Source: Paecilomyces variotii (lineage: Eukaryota). From it: a DNA stretch of 64,000 nucleotides. The stretch lies in NCBI GenBank assembly GCA_004022145.1, contig RCNU01000001.1; one strand, given 5' to 3'. The notes under the pieces were generated by a model. It made no database searches. It was not told where the DNA came from and was given only the letters and a program-made list of their open reading frames with translations. The translations under genes were made by a program, and so were the position numbers. The first letter of the stretch is position 1; the number at the start of each line of letters is the position of its first letter. Shown here in pieces: positions 37,648 to 50,757 of this stretch.

Positions 37648-38849
37648 GCTGCATCAGTTGCAGTGTCCACAAGTCGAGCTGGAGTGTATATGGGCACAAT
37701 ATGTTGGGAGTCTTAAGCTAGCGCGTGGTTTGTTTGCTTGCAAGAGTTGCATTTCGTCCTCTCTTCTGGGGAGAATTATTCTTTCTGGAGAGATAAAGGA
37801 GCATGCATCTATGTCGAGCTTTGGACCCGAAGACGTTTTGTTCGGGATCGTGTGGATTCGCATTTCCGCAGACCCTACCCTACTTGCATCTTGAGACATG
37901 ATGGCAGACATCCATTGGAGTCTGTATAGAATATGTGGTGGATAGTTACATAACTCTCAAATTAAACATATCAAGAAAGAAATGCTAAATATTGATTGAA
38001 AATTGAAACAACTCACCTTGCTTGTGACTAAGTGTGTATTTTACATTGTAGGAGAGAATAACCCAGGAAAATCGAATGCCGTTGGCATTATTATCCAGTA
38101 AAGAAAACTGATTTAGATCCATGCATAACTTAGTTTCACAACTACAATCAATCTACGTCCTACGAATGAAATGTCCCATTCCCATATGTATATATATATG
38201 AAGACAACCTCCCCTGATTTGAAATCAGTCCTCTCTACAAGTCGAATAATACTTCCCTGTTCCTGTCCCCATTCATGACCGATGTGGAGGTGGTATGTTA
38301 TCTGTGACATAAGACTAATTGAACCAGTGAATGAGTGAATGATGGGTAACCCGTCCACTATATTCAATCTTTATCTTATGTCACGAATACGATAACAGAT
38401 CGGTCATGAAAGGAGGGCGGAGAGATAGAGAAATCGACAGGTCAAAGAGGAGCCGTAACTGGTTAGAGTCACGTTGGGTGGTGGGAAGTTGTCTTTTTTT
38501 TTTTGTAGGGAATGGGTTTGATTTGATGTATCGCGTCGAATACAGAGCTTATTCCTTCCTTTGGGGGGAAGGAATTTCAAGGCACGGTCCTCGCCTTGCG
38601 CTCCACCTTGCGTCGCGAAAATGAGAAAGTGATGAGTTATTTCCCTTGGGTGATAGGGGTTCGGGGGATGTTTTGCTAGATGGGAGGAATATATGTATAT
38701 GTGTGCTTTCTGTAGCTATCAGATGAAAAAACAGGGTGTAAGATTAAATATGGGTATTCGTATTTCATTGAAAAGGCTTTTTTTGGAGGAAAGAAAAGCC
38801 TCGACAACCGTGACAGGAGGGGAAATGTTGGGAGAACAGACTTTCTCTC

Positions 38850-40899
38850 TCAGGTAAACAGGCGTGCTCTCTTCAGAGGACTGCCCCTGTTCGCCATACC
38901 CGTCAGGATACGATCCATGCCCTCCACGCCAAGCTCGCCCTTGTCGAGCATAAGCCTGTCAGCTTCGATAGAAGACCTCGAGTCTGCATGGGAGTGTTTC
39001 GGCTCCAGCTTGCCGTTCGGCTCCTTCAGTTCCTGTGCGACTATGATAATCTGATGCTCTGCTGCCATCAGGATGTCGAATTCCCTTCGTCCTGTTTCTC
39101 GTGCGCTGTGAGATGTGGGGAGGTGATCCACGGAGTTCAACTTCTCACCCAAAAGGTTCACACCGCTCACAGGAGTCATCTTGCAACGCTCCAAAGAGTC
39201 GAACGTCCCAGTGGTCTTCACGTGATTCCGCCACAAAGCCAACAGGTTGGGAATGATAGCGCTGTTATTGCCGTGCTGGATGAGGATCGATTCGTCGGGA
39301 GCAGTGTCCCTTGAGGGGCTCGTCTGGATAACGGATATTCCACCGTACAGAGAAGGCTGCGAGGGACTCGAGGACCCTTTGAACAACGTATCTTCCCGAA
39401 GTCTCTTCGTGGAAGGCGTCATAGGCGCAAACTTGCTTCGTTGCTCGGAGACTGAACGACTAGCAGGGGATTTATTCCCTTCTGGTGTAGCGACGACTCG
39501 GCCACTCACAGCGAAAAGTGTGAGTGAGCCGCCTGTCACTCCCTGCACGCTGGATTGATAGCGCAGAGGGCCTTGCTGACTACCTGGACCAGCTCCTTCG
39601 ATATCCCATACACCCCATTCCCCGTTGGCTAAAAGTACCATGACGGCTCTTCCACGAAGAACCCATTGCGCATCGAGGATGGTCTTTCGAGAAGTAAAGC
39701 CCGTGGATGACGGCTCAAAACCAGGGTACAGGGTCATTAACCACCTCCCTTCTGGATCTGTGAAGTCCAGATCATCGTTTGAGCCTCGGCGCCCGCCTGG
39801 AGATGTTGAGCTTGTGGCAAGATATGAATAGATCTTTACTGAACCGTTGTCTAGCGAGATTAGGAGGTTGGCATGACGCTGTGATGGATAGGGAGAGGGG
39901 TTGAAAGAAATGCTTTTAGCAGGCGCCGGCAAGTAGCGTCTCTGGACAGGATGAAGATGGGACTCAGACAGCAAATAATCCTTCTCTGCCTGATTTGACT
40001 GTTCAACGACCGGAATTCGATACACTAGGAGTGTACCGGAGGCCTCCGCTGAATGAGTAGCCAACAACAGGTCCCATCTGCCCCCAGATCCTGACGCGGA
40101 CTCGCGCCTCGAAGAAGTTCTCGGGTTGCTAGAGCTGCTATCACTCTGGCTTTCTCCGTCTTCCTGGCAAGTAAATGTCAGGGCAACCCCACGGGGTATT
40201 TCCTGATGAGATGAAAGACCGCTGATAGAAAGTATCTGGAGACCCCATGTCGACGGATCTGTGTTAGATACGTGAGGAGGAACTAGAGGAAGAGTGATGA
40301 TCCGTGTAGACATATCAGCACATGTGGCGGCTACTACGATCCTCTTCGATAGCACTGGTGGCAAAGGATCCAGCGGCGAGCGCGCACCCTCCGGGAGGCA
40401 ACGAGGAACCGCTAAACTGAGCACTGCAGACCCCAGAGGGATGTCGACGTGACGGAGAATCTCTTTGAAAGGACGTGAAGGATCGATTTCTGCCTCCGTC
40501 TCTTCAAAAGCAACCTTCGCGGATTCGTCCCGCGGGGGTTCAGGTGTCTCTTCCTCGTCTGAGTCGATGATCATGACAGCGTCGTCCTTGGCTGGACCAT
40601 CAGGCTTCTTGTCTTGCTCCGTGGAAGAAGCATCCTGGACAAGTTTGAAGTGTTTTCCTCCTCTCCATATGATCTTCAAGCCATTTTCGTAGCCGTAAAT
40701 TATTATGGACGAGCCGTTAGGCGACAGCGTAGGGTAGGCTTTGGCGCTGTAGACACGGTGAGGTAGCTGATAGCTGTAGTGCAGTGGCGATTAGCAAAGC
40801 TTCCACGAGGGACACACGAATCCAGAATACAACTCACCTTAGCTGTAGTCGGCCATCTGTTTGCCTTACCAATGGCTTTGCCAAAGGGAGGCCGGGCAT
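38850..40899 (-). CDS. Nucleoporin Nup37-like WD40 beta-propeller protein, 2 exons
   Basis: MPGLPLAKPLVRQTDGRLQLS/YQLPHRVYSAKAYPTLSPNGSSIIIYGYENGLKIIWRGG joins the 609-aa ORF. The GRAVMVLLANGEWGVWDIEG motif fits Pezizomycotina Nup37-like proteins. Confidence 0.75.
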
Positions 40900-41334
40900 C
40901 TCGCCGAGAAGAAAAGGTGGCGTATGTATTTGGGTTGATGAAGGGACGAAGGCACGGACAAGATCAGTTGCGCATAGCGCAAAAGAAGCAGCACGATCTG
41001 ATCCTTAGAGTAGAATGCTTTGCAAATGCCCTAAGCCTTCTCCTCCCAGAGCTACAGCAGCGTAATAGCGACTGAGTTGCAGCAAAAGACCGTCGCAAGC
41101 TTGGATGTAGCTCCCTTTCGGTTGGTGTCTGGAAGTGGCCGAAAATCGAGTGGGCGCGCAGCGCGTCACGTATTTACCTTCGGACAAGCACTCGCACCGC
41201 TCTTCACAGTCGACAAGGGCATCGGCCACTCTCCAGCCCGCTCAACGTCTTGTGGCCCCAAGGATGAGCATGACCGAACTGATCGCTTCTCCGGCTGGTC
41301 CTATTGAAGGCGTTGAACAAACGCCTGTCTGACA

Positions 41335-44300
41335 ATGGCGTCAGTCCGGTCACTGGGCCTCCATGAACCCCCCGCGATTCCATTTCTGGTCGCCGAACAC
41401 CTACTCCCACCAGAACCGTCTACGAATGATTATGTGTGGCAAACAATACAGGCAGAAGATGGACCGGATGGACCTGTTGACGAGGAGGTTGTTTACACAA
41501 AGACCTGCGTGGTCTGGTCTCGCTGCGGTGTCTTGAAGAGGGTCTTTAGGCTGGATGTCGAGAAGGAAGAGATACGCCATGTCCTATTCACACATTTCCC
41601 GACAGAGAAGATTGGAACAAATGAACGAAGTTCTCAGGCATCCGGAAAAGGGCTGTTCCAGAGTTCGAGGACCTCATCTTCAGATCGCGAAGCGCATTCC
41701 ACCACAAAGAGAAAGAAACAGGATATCGAAATCCCGCGGATATCGCTAGACAAGAGAGAGAACAGCCGTGTAAATGGCGATGATAGTAGCGGAAATGAGC
41801 TTTCGCGGGCACTTGTCGTCGTGCTGAAGTCTCAAGCGCATATTTTCTTCTTGACTGGCAATAGTCACGTTGTACCTTTGCCTTTCGAAGTCGAGACAGT
41901 ATTTCCTACTCCGCGGGGCCTTCTATTCCAACGGAAGGGGCCTCAGGGTGGCCCTGTACCGTTTCCAACGGCCCCTCCAAATTCTTTTATGTCGGTCAAG
42001 ACTACAGAGACGAGACTAAGTGCTCATGAGCTTTCTATGGGTTCTGCCCGTAAGCATGCGCGGCCATCGCAGACCATCTCGACTCCTCGAGCTTCAACAT
42101 GGAAGCAGAAACCCAAAGAGAACACAAGTCTTCCTAGAGTCTTTTCTCTCATGGATCCTCACGCTGAGATGGGACTGGTCGTGGCCAGCTATTCTCGTTC
42201 TGTCTACGGAAGCCACAGAGCAGGCGATTTCCATATGCTGGACTCAGCGGAAGAGATAATATACATGTCTCAAAAAGACGAGCTCTCTCATATCAGCAAT
42301 GCATCCAATTTCCCACTCATCCTCGTCGTGACTCTTAACTCCAATACTGGAATGTATACACTATGGACTGGCCGATATAGACATGAAGAGACCGATCGAC
42401 TGCTTCACCAAGGCAAACGAAAATCTGAAGCTACAGGTACTCGTTCTAAGAGGAGGAGTTCTCATTTCGGAATGACTACGGGCACAACAACCCCTGCGGC
42501 GCGTCCCTCCGGGGTGAGAGAAAGCTTTGGTAGCATTAACCTCGGACGCAGTATTTCGGGAATGTCCAATCTGCAGGGTCATCCGTCAGAAGGAAGAGGA
42601 GATGACATAGATGACTTTGCTACACAACTAGGACAAGAATTTGGAGATATCACTGGTCCCTCGAAGACGTCAAGACGCCTCAGCTCAATGCTTGCGCGAG
42701 CAGATCTTGCAACCAACCAGGACAGAGCTACTTTCTCTGACCTTGCTACCGGGAACCAGAGCTACTCTAATAACTTTAGTCTTTCTAGACAGTCTCTAGG
42801 AGGATTCAATCCTCGAGAAAGCATTGATTTCAACCCTCGAGCGTCTATACCACATGTTGGAGATTCCGTGCACCACAACGGTGGCCCTCTAGATTTCCGC
42901 GTCAATAAACTACTGCAGGAACTTAACAATGGCGGAAGCTTGGACGGCTTTGAAGACATGGACCTGAGGGAATCAAACGCCGGTCTGTCGAAAGAATTGA
43001 TGCTTAGTAAAATCGAAAGCTTTCCCGGCAATGTTTCCCTATCCTTTGATACTGCTACTGATTCGACCGCATCGACGAAGCCAAAGATATTCACTTTACG
43101 CGCGCGCGATGGCGAGGACACACACAACAGGGATTCGGCTTCTGTCGCCGTCTGTATTTCCGATGCTTCCTCGAAATCGCTTACCCTGGTTTCTCTGAAA
43201 GCCGAGCGGGCTGTCATCCCAAAGAAGGGGACATTGAGCGGGTCGAAACCAAAAACTGAAACTGGAAATACCCCGTATCAGAACTTCTTTGCTGTTAAAG
43301 TAACAGGGATACAACATGGCTCTGACATACTGGGCGCCTGCCGAGTGGTCGATGGACAAGTGTCTCGAATCCTGACCTTGGGAGTGACTGCGGATGGACA
43401 GAACCGATTAGCCCTGCAGTCACCATGGAGCGTTCCGATGGAGATTGAATTACCATCCCTGAGCTTGAATCAACCGCGTGATATGTCGCTGTCTAGAGCT
43501 GCCCATAAGTCAGCAGAGCCAGGGGCCAAAAAGTCTTTGATCGACCTACCGCTAAAGTTGGTCGGGCTGGATAATCCGTCCACGAGGGGCAGGTTTGATG
43601 CAGTAGATTCCCATGGGAGGAGGCATAGGCTTCAAGTACGCATGGAACCGAGGAATGCTCTGGTGAGAAAAGTCATTGCAGTATGCAAGTTCGCTCTGAG
43701 AGACTTCGGGAAAGCTGGCGAGGGAATACTTGTCGGATGGTGGCAAGTTTTGAATTGGCTACGGTCTAGGAATGATGCTGGCTACGACCTAGAGTGGACA
43801 GCGATGGTGGTCCTTCTGTTTACTATGGCGGTTGATTTCATCGCAAGCAGCGAGACCAAAGCTGAAAAGACTCGGAGAAGGAGAGCACTCCCTCGGTCAA
43901 GCAGTGGGAGCTACGTTGACCTTCAAAACTGGGAGGCGATGTTGGATCAGGAGGCTGGCCCATCTGGCTTTGCTCCGTCTTGGATGATGAATCCCTCCTG
44001 GAGTTGGATCACACAGGCAGAATCCCTTAACGCATCTGATGATCCTCCTCGCCCCAGACGAACAGCAACGACGGAGCAACGAAGCATTTTCGACAAATCC
44101 CCTCGGTTATCTCACAAGAAGAATCCATATGTCACTCAATGTGCTTCTCTGGCCAGAGAATTTCTCCGCAATCCTATCGGTCAATCTGCTTCTGGTGCAG
44201 CAGGCTATCTTCCTACTGCATCGTCACAAAGTGAGGCAACACGCCGAACTGCTTTGTGCAGTATCCTGATCTGCTTGCATTTTTTACGAGAAGAGCAGAA

Positions 44301-47300
44301 GCTTTTTACTTATGAAAGCGAGTCCTCCTATAGAAAGATGGGTATGTTGGCCCCTGTTTTAGCCCAGATTGGCCGGTGGCTAGGCTGGGGTTCTTGGACC
44401 TGGAAGCAAGACAGCTACTATGGAAGCGAAATGGCTAGCATAGACTGTTGGTCGTTCGAAGATTCCCAAATCTCAAAACTGAATATTCCACCGGAGCCAT
44501 TTCCGCCCCCTTCAGTATTCTCTTCCATAGAGAGTATTTGGCGTGAACAACCAGGCTCGTTCCTCACTCTCCTGGAAGTTGTTTCAGAACATGATCGGAC
44601 GCAAACTGAAGGGAGACTATGGGAAGAAGCTTTCAGTCTTACTCCAAGGACCCTGGCCCTTCGTGGCTATCTCTCCGAAGCTCGCTCTTCACCATCGACA
44701 TTAGAAAAAGTCGAACTCTTACTCCGCTGGGGTCTAACACGCAATGTGATTGAGACTTTCCCGGATGGTGTCAGCGCTCCACTCTTCGAAGCAATCACTC
44801 GTTGCCAAGTGAACCCTCCAGCGTCGTGGACATCTACGCTTCTTGAGCTGATCGATAGAGATGACCTTTACATCTCGATGAATAATAACCGCTCTGTTGT
44901 CTCGGTTTCAAGACCCCAACCTGTTCTAGCGCACGATGCAGTGCGCGATTTCCATCACATAGGTTCATCCGCCCTGGATATTGATGCGATAAACTCATTC
45001 GAGGCGTCCGCAGAGGCCGATAAATCGTCTATTACTAAGCTCATCTTCAATGAAGACAGACGTTTTGTGGAGGCAGCGAAGCTTCTGAACCAGTCCAAAG
45101 CACCCGTGGCCGAATGTTTACCAGAGCCAGAATGGTCTGATTCTGACTTATTAGAGGCGCAGAAGGAGCTTGTGCAACTTGTGACCCTCAGGACCCTTTC
45201 CATACCTGCAGGGCGTTCCATGTTCATGTTCAGTAGTCGATCACCCCTTCTGACCGAGAAACTTCCTATCCCTTCTTTCTCGTTGCAATGTGTGATGAAA
45301 CCTTCAAATGTGACCATTAGTGCCGACAGAGCTTCATTTAGCGAGGAGAAGGTGTGCTGGGCCTTTTTCCATAATGGTGTCTCGACAGGCCTTGCCATCT
45401 CAAAGTCTTCCAAGGGCATTGACACGTCATGGATACTTTTCAACAAACCTCAAGAGCTAACAAATAGACACGCCGGATTCTTATTTGCCCTTGGCTTGAA
45501 TGGGCACCTGAAAACTCTGGCAAAATGGGTCGCATTCAAATATCTGACACCGAAACACACAATGACATCAATTGGTCTTCTTCTCGGTCTTTCCGCGTCC
45601 TATCTCGGTACAATGGATACTCTCATCACAAGGCTACTGTCTGTGCATGTCACTAGGATGCTTCCTCCTGGTGCTGCGGAACTGAATCTGTCGCCCCTGA
45701 CACAAACCGCTGGAATAATGGGCATAGGCCTTCTCTATTGCAATTCTCAGCACAGGAGAATGAGTGAGGTTATGCTGTCAGAACTCGAAAATGTGTCCCG
45801 CGAGGAAAGCACAATCTCTCAAGAAGACTTAAGGGACGAAGGTTATCGTCTAGCAGCTGGTTTTGCCCTGGGTTTTATCAATCTCGGTAAGGGTAAAGAC
45901 CTGAGGGGTCTACGAGATATGAACGTCGTTGAGAGGTTGCTGGCAATCGCCGTTGGTACGAAGAATGTTGATCTTGTTCACATTCTTGACAGAGCTACTG
46001 CGGGAGCTACCATTGCTCTCATGATCATTTTCATGAAGACAAATGACAAGGCGCTCGCTCAGAAGATAGATATTCCCGACACAACTACGCAGTTTGATTA
46101 CGTCCGGCCTGACATATTTCTTCTCCGAACTGTGGCCAGGCATTTAATTATGTGGGATAATATCCGCGCTTCTCATGAATGGCTCCTTGAGAGTCTTCCG
46201 CAGATCTACCGGCGACGGAATCGACTCGCGAGTATTCGTCGTCTAAGCAGTGATGATATGCCGTTCTTTAACATCATTGCTGGACTCTGCTTCACGATCG
46301 GTTTGCGTTATGCAGGCTCAGCTCTGCCTCAGGCGAGAGATCTTCTGATCTCGTATCTTGACCAATTTATGAGGATATGCAGACTTCCCGCTGTTAACTA
46401 TGACGGAAAGCTAGCACGAAATTCAGTTCGTAACTGTCAGGATATCGTTGCACTTTCCGTGGCTGCAGTCATGGCTGGAACGGGGGATCTGGCCGTATTC
46501 AGGCGACTCCGTTCTCTTCATGGTCTTGTCGACCCTGATACCCCCTACGGAAGCCATATGGCGGCTCATATGGCTATTGGCATGCTGTTCTTAGCCGGAG
46601 GAACCTACACCCTGGGAACATCTGATCTTGCAATTGCATCTTTACTGTGTGCCTTCTACCCAATCTTCCCCACAACTGTGCTCGATAACAAATGCCACCT
46701 TCAAGCATTCCGTCACATGTGGGTTCTAGCCACAGAATCTCGCTGTCTCGTTCCAAGAGATCTCGACATGGGACGTCCTGTATCAACGCCTATCTCATTG
46801 ACCATGAAGAGTGGCTTGACGAGAACACTGACCGCCCCATGCCTTCTTCCTGACTTGAAGGAGATCACCGTTATCAAACTACAGAGCCCCAACCACTGGC
46901 CTATCGTACTAGATCTCGAACGCAACAGTGGGCTTCGTGAGAAGTTTTACCAAGGTGACCAGTCCGTGTACCTAAGAAGAAGAACATCGTTTAATCTATC
47001 CGGGTCCTCCGTCTTCGCTTCCACACTACTGGGCCTCAGCGAAATGCAAGATATTTTACCCTCAACTACAGCAGCAGGTGGCATCAAGGGAGCGATCACA
47101 CAGGGCACTACCGCTTCGCCTAGTACGAGCATCGTGCGGCCATCATCCAGAGACTTGTGGGATTGGATATTCTCTCTCCCCTCGCTGCGAGAATTGGGCT
47201 TGGAGGAACGAGCCCTCGTTATGCATTCTCTCCCATTCCAGTCTCGCTCTCAATACGCCAGAGACGGAAGAACAGTCTCTTCTCCGCCCTGGCTGCGCCC

Positions 47301-47583
47301 TTCCGCTGTCGACACCAAGCTCACCCTTCAGAACACAGTCAAGAGCATTATCCGAACAGCCTCCGGCACCAGCTGGTCGTCGGATGAAATCAAAGATCGT
47401 CTCTGGCAATTACGACTTCTCTTCTCTTGGGTGGATTACTGTGAGCGTCACGAAGGACAAGACAATAACGATGAAGATCCCGCGACTAGAAATGGGCTCT
47501 GGCTGCGGAAGGACATTATTGAAGATGCAAGATGGAAGATTTGGGGCGTCCAGTTCAGTGAGGGTGCTGGTAAAGCGGAGTGA
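41335..47583 (+). CDS. bimE: Anaphase-promoting complex subunit 1 (BimE/APC1), intronless, 2082 aa
   Basis: WAFFHNGVSTGL, RHAGFLFALGLNGHL, HTMTSIGLLLGLSAS and PC repeats, YGSHMAAHMAIGMLFL, DNKCHLQAFRHMWVLA. Confidence 0.96.
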   Translation: MASVRSLGLHEPPAIPFLVAEHLLPPEPSTNDYVWQTIQAEDGPDGPVDEEVVYTKTCVVWSRCGVLKRVFRLDVEKEEIRHVLFTHFPTEKIGTNERSSQASGKGLFQSSRTSSSDREAHSTTKRKKQDIEIPRISLDKRENSRVNGDDSSGNELSRALVVVLKSQAHIFFLTGNSHVVPLPFEVETVFPTPRGLLFQRKGPQGGPVPFPTAPPNSFMSVKTTETRLSAHELSMGSARKHARPSQTISTPRASTWKQKPKENTSLPRVFSLMDPHAEMGLVVASYSRSVYGSHRAGDFHMLDSAEEIIYMSQKDELSHISNASNFPLILVVTLNSNTGMYTLWTGRYRHEETDRLLHQGKRKSEATGTRSKRRSSHFGMTTGTTTPAARPSGVRESFGSINLGRSISGMSNLQGHPSEGRGDDIDDFATQLGQEFGDITGPSKTSRRLSSMLARADLATNQDRATFSDLATGNQSYSNNFSLSRQSLGGFNPRESIDFNPRASIPHVGDSVHHNGGPLDFRVNKLLQELNNGGSLDGFEDMDLRESNAGLSKELMLSKIESFPGNVSLSFDTATDSTASTKPKIFTLRARDGEDTHNRDSASVAVCISDASSKSLTLVSLKAERAVIPKKGTLSGSKPKTETGNTPYQNFFAVKVTGIQHGSDILGACRVVDGQVSRILTLGVTADGQNRLALQSPWSVPMEIELPSLSLNQPRDMSLSRAAHKSAEPGAKKSLIDLPLKLVGLDNPSTRGRFDAVDSHGRRHRLQVRMEPRNALVRKVIAVCKFALRDFGKAGEGILVGWWQVLNWLRSRNDAGYDLEWTAMVVLLFTMAVDFIASSETKAEKTRRRRALPRSSSGSYVDLQNWEAMLDQEAGPSGFAPSWMMNPSWSWITQAESLNASDDPPRPRRTATTEQRSIFDKSPRLSHKKNPYVTQCASLAREFLRNPIGQSASGAAGYLPTASSQSEATRRTALCSILICLHFLREEQKLFTYESESSYRKMGMLAPVLAQIGRWLGWGSWTWKQDSYYGSEMASIDCWSFEDSQISKLNIPPEPFPPPSVFSSIESIWREQPGSFLTLLEVVSEHDRTQTEGRLWEEAFSLTPRTLALRGYLSEARSSPSTLEKVELLLRWGLTRNVIETFPDGVSAPLFEAITRCQVNPPASWTSTLLELIDRDDLYISMNNNRSVVSVSRPQPVLAHDAVRDFHHIGSSALDIDAINSFEASAEADKSSITKLIFNEDRRFVEAAKLLNQSKAPVAECLPEPEWSDSDLLEAQKELVQLVTLRTLSIPAGRSMFMFSSRSPLLTEKLPIPSFSLQCVMKPSNVTISADRASFSEEKVCWAFFHNGVSTGLAISKSSKGIDTSWILFNKPQELTNRHAGFLFALGLNGHLKTLAKWVAFKYLTPKHTMTSIGLLLGLSASYLGTMDTLITRLLSVHVTRMLPPGAAELNLSPLTQTAGIMGIGLLYCNSQHRRMSEVMLSELENVSREESTISQEDLRDEGYRLAAGFALGFINLGKGKDLRGLRDMNVVERLLAIAVGTKNVDLVHILDRATAGATIALMIIFMKTNDKALAQKIDIPDTTTQFDYVRPDIFLLRTVARHLIMWDNIRASHEWLLESLPQIYRRRNRLASIRRLSSDDMPFFNIIAGLCFTIGLRYAGSALPQARDLLISYLDQFMRICRLPAVNYDGKLARNSVRNCQDIVALSVAAVMAGTGDLAVFRRLRSLHGLVDPDTPYGSHMAAHMAIGMLFLAGGTYTLGTSDLAIASLLCAFYPIFPTTVLDNKCHLQAFRHMWVLATESRCLVPRDLDMGRPVSTPISLTMKSGLTRTLTAPCLLPDLKEITVIKLQSPNHWPIVLDLERNSGLREKFYQGDQSVYLRRRTSFNLSGSSVFASTLLGLSEMQDILPSTTAAGGIKGAITQGTTASPSTSIVRPSSRDLWDWIFSLPSLRELGLEERALVMHSLPFQSRSQYARDGRTVSSPPWLRPSAVDTKLTLQNTVKSIIRTASGTSWSSDEIKDRLWQLRLLFSWVDYCERHEGQDNNDEDPATRNGLWLRKDIIEDARWKIWGVQFSEGAGKAE

Positions 47584-48351
47584 GTGAGCGGCATTATTTA
47601 TTGTCATGGAGAATATATATTCTCCAGGGTATTTTCAGTTCTTCATGAAATTTGAAAAGTTGTACTGTATTTATACCTAATAATTCGGTTACGTGATACG
47701 TGTATAGAATTAGATGAAAACGGGGGGTATGATGAAGTAAAATGAAACTTGAGATGATGATTACGGAGTGAAAGTTAAGGTGTGGACGGAATGTTCAGAC
47801 AGAATTCGGGAATTGGGAGATCAAAAAATACTACGTAAGCAGGAATCAATTACATAGAAGGGGCATGGTAAAAAAAAAATCTCTTCCCATTGCATTCTAT
47901 TCTCTTAAGTTAGTCTATGTCATTTCTTCTGTTCCATCTAGCCGTTGTTATTCTTTCATTCTTTGTCGGCTATGTGTGCATGTGCGCGGTATTTTAGAGA
48001 GTTTTGCACTGGCTTCTTCCAGTCGACTCCCTTGAAGCGAGTCTCGAAATCAGATCCCTCCAGCTCCATGCTGAGAGTGTTCCCTAGCCGTGTTCATTTT
48101 CCTGGCCAAGAGCCGTTTAAAGGGTCGGGTAGCGCATGATCACAGCGAGTGAGCGGTCCTGTCAGCAGGGTCTGGACACAGTCATTTCTTTGTGGAACCT
48201 CAGCGACTGCTGGGTTTCTTTCCTGGTGTTGGTAGCCTAGTCCGTCTCTCTGGTTCAGTATCCATCACGGATGGATACAAGGGACAGGAATCGGTCGCCA
48301 TTGTAGATCCATTATAGGGTCTGTGTTATAACCGAATGGACTAGCGATGAT

Positions 48352-50757
48352 TCAAGTGAAGTCACCCTGAGTAGGGAAATTGACCCATTCGGAGAAATCC
48401 ACAGCACCGCCATGGAAATCAGGTGGGAAGAGATTGCTGAATGGGTTATCGTTGAACAAGTGGCCTGGTGAGTGCATCATGAGTTGTTGCTGTGCGTACT
48501 GCTCTGCACCCGTGGTTGTGGTTACGATAGGAGAGCAGAGGCGATTTATAACGTCCAAGCAACGGCCGGCAAGAACGTTAGTACTCAGGGTCGGGTGGGA
48601 GAGAAGCCTTCTCGTGGTGTCAATATCCTGGAGCCAGGAAGGAGCGTCCGCGTTCGTGGGATCTGTCATAAGGAAGATGATTGGGATGACCCCAGCTTGG
48701 AAAAGGAAATATCTAGAGCGATCAGTTGGCGGGACAGTGGAACGGATGGGGCAAGGAGAACGTACAGAATATACCACACGCCTAGCCTTGTGCACATGTT
48801 ATTTTCCATATAATCGCTAATCGAAAGGATGGTAGATCTGGCATGCTGCAGACAATACATCCTGCACTCCCTCTCTGCAGGATCCTCAGGTTCCGTAGGA
48901 ACATTAGGAGTCCATCTCCTCGATGCCCAGCGGAGTACGATAGGACGGAAGAGCAGTGTTCGTAGGTTCCACTGGCGCCACATAAGCCGGTTCCGACTGA
49001 GGGCGAGCCAGTCGGGTTCTGGGTTTGAGCAGGGTCGTTGAAGGTAAGGCGGAAGGTTATTATACCAATCATCCATGGGTTTCTGTAAAGCCAGGGTCTC
49101 CTCTGGGGTGACACTTGGGGTTGAAATGAGACGTTGGTAGACACTGTTCGTGAGAAGGTGGAATTGGGCTTGGGCGATCATTCCTGAATATATGGTTGGG
49201 CCATCGGATTCCGGTGGAACAGTGGTAGTGGACGGAATAAGGGCCTTTCCGATAAATGTTAGTATGGTGTTGTCCTCCATGGTTCTAGGTCTGTCTCGTA
49301 CCTCGTCGGGGATATTGAGCACTTGCTTAGCATCCATTATGTGCTCTTCGGGGAGCAGTATTGGGCGCCCAAATGTCTTTGCAGCTCCACTGTCGAAAAT
49401 GTAAACTCCCCACCATAGCCTTCTGCGGATTTCCCGCTGCAGGAGGCTGATCTTCCACTCGCGGAACTCCTTGTGAAGACCTAGACTCATGGCCATCCGG
49501 ACTGCAAGCCCCAGAAAATTCCAACCGGTGTTAGGCTTATCACGTTTCTGGGCATAGTTGCTCAAAAGCAATAAGGCCTGGACGAGTGTCAAGTTGCCAG
49601 CCTCAAAGACAGACATCTGCTGCAGCTGGCTTCTCGCTTCCTGATAGAATGTTATATCCAAGTCGGATGTGTCGTCGCCAATGCTCCAAGCCCCGAGAGC
49701 TAGAATAGTGTTCAAGAGGATGTGCCATGCCGGACCATGTGGACGTGGGATCTGTTCGTAAAATTGCGCCCTAAAAGTTGCCTCGTGGACGAAGGGATAA
49801 CTGGTGTGGTAGTTCATGAAATAAGCATCCATGAAGGCTTGCTCGATAAGGCCCGAAGGTGCAGAGCTTAGCAGCTGTGCTTTCCGCGGAACTCGATGAG
49901 CAGAGATTGACTTGGAGCTACGGGGAATATTCAAATCGAACCCGTGGTCTCTGAGGGCTCGAAGCGGCACCACACTTGAAGAGGCGCCTTTTATCATGGG
50001 AAACTAAGTCAGCAAGTACTTGAAATTTAGAAGACCTGGGAAAACCAACCGAAATATCCAGCTCCTTCCGGCTTGATAGACAGGGCGGCCATGCCATCGG
50101 TCAAGTCGCCAAGGGCTATCTCTTTCTCTGCCCAATCAAATCCATCTGCTTGCTGTGGCAACGTCTCTGGAGCAGGCTCTTCCCGCTCGACTTCAGACTT
50201 AATGTAGGGAGACTGTCTGGAGGACGAGTCCGAAGGAGATGCCTCGGCCTTAGGCCGGCTCTCCTGATCCTGCAGGAGAGAATTCACGAGACCATCTAGA
50301 TCAGTCCCAGGAAAGAGATTTCCGAGAGCCTTTTCAAAAGCATGAAGACGATCTTCAACGTATGTGAGATGCCTAGAGCAAAAGAGTTACCAAATTTGAA
50401 CATACCAACATGGAGAGCGGACAGCATTCCATTCGAAATGGGACAGGACATAATAGAACACTTACTGTCTTGTAAGAGGACTCCTAGATACTTTAGGGCT
50501 ATAATTGCATTCTTTCTGCAGCTGTCTGCACTGTGCACAAGTTGGTCGTTCTTTCGAACACTGTGAAAAGTCAGACGGGGGACTAAACCAAAAAAAAAAA
50601 CAGATGTCTTAAAGAGAAGCCAATACTTACTTTTGACTTTCGAACTCGGCATTCATCGCACTAGCAGTAGCTGATTAGTATGACTGATCCATCTTACTAA
50701 AAAGTAGTAGGTAGGACACTGTACAGCGTATGAATGTGAATCCCGAGTGCTCGCCAT
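48352..50757 (-). CDS. Gal4/Lac9-like Zn(II)2Cys6 transcription factor, about 7 exons
   Basis: Spliced [62 protein letters not shown] carries the Gal4-type RSPLTR linker. DGMAALS..GAGYFG and the fungal TF domain ([20 protein letters not shown]) follow. Confidence 0.88.
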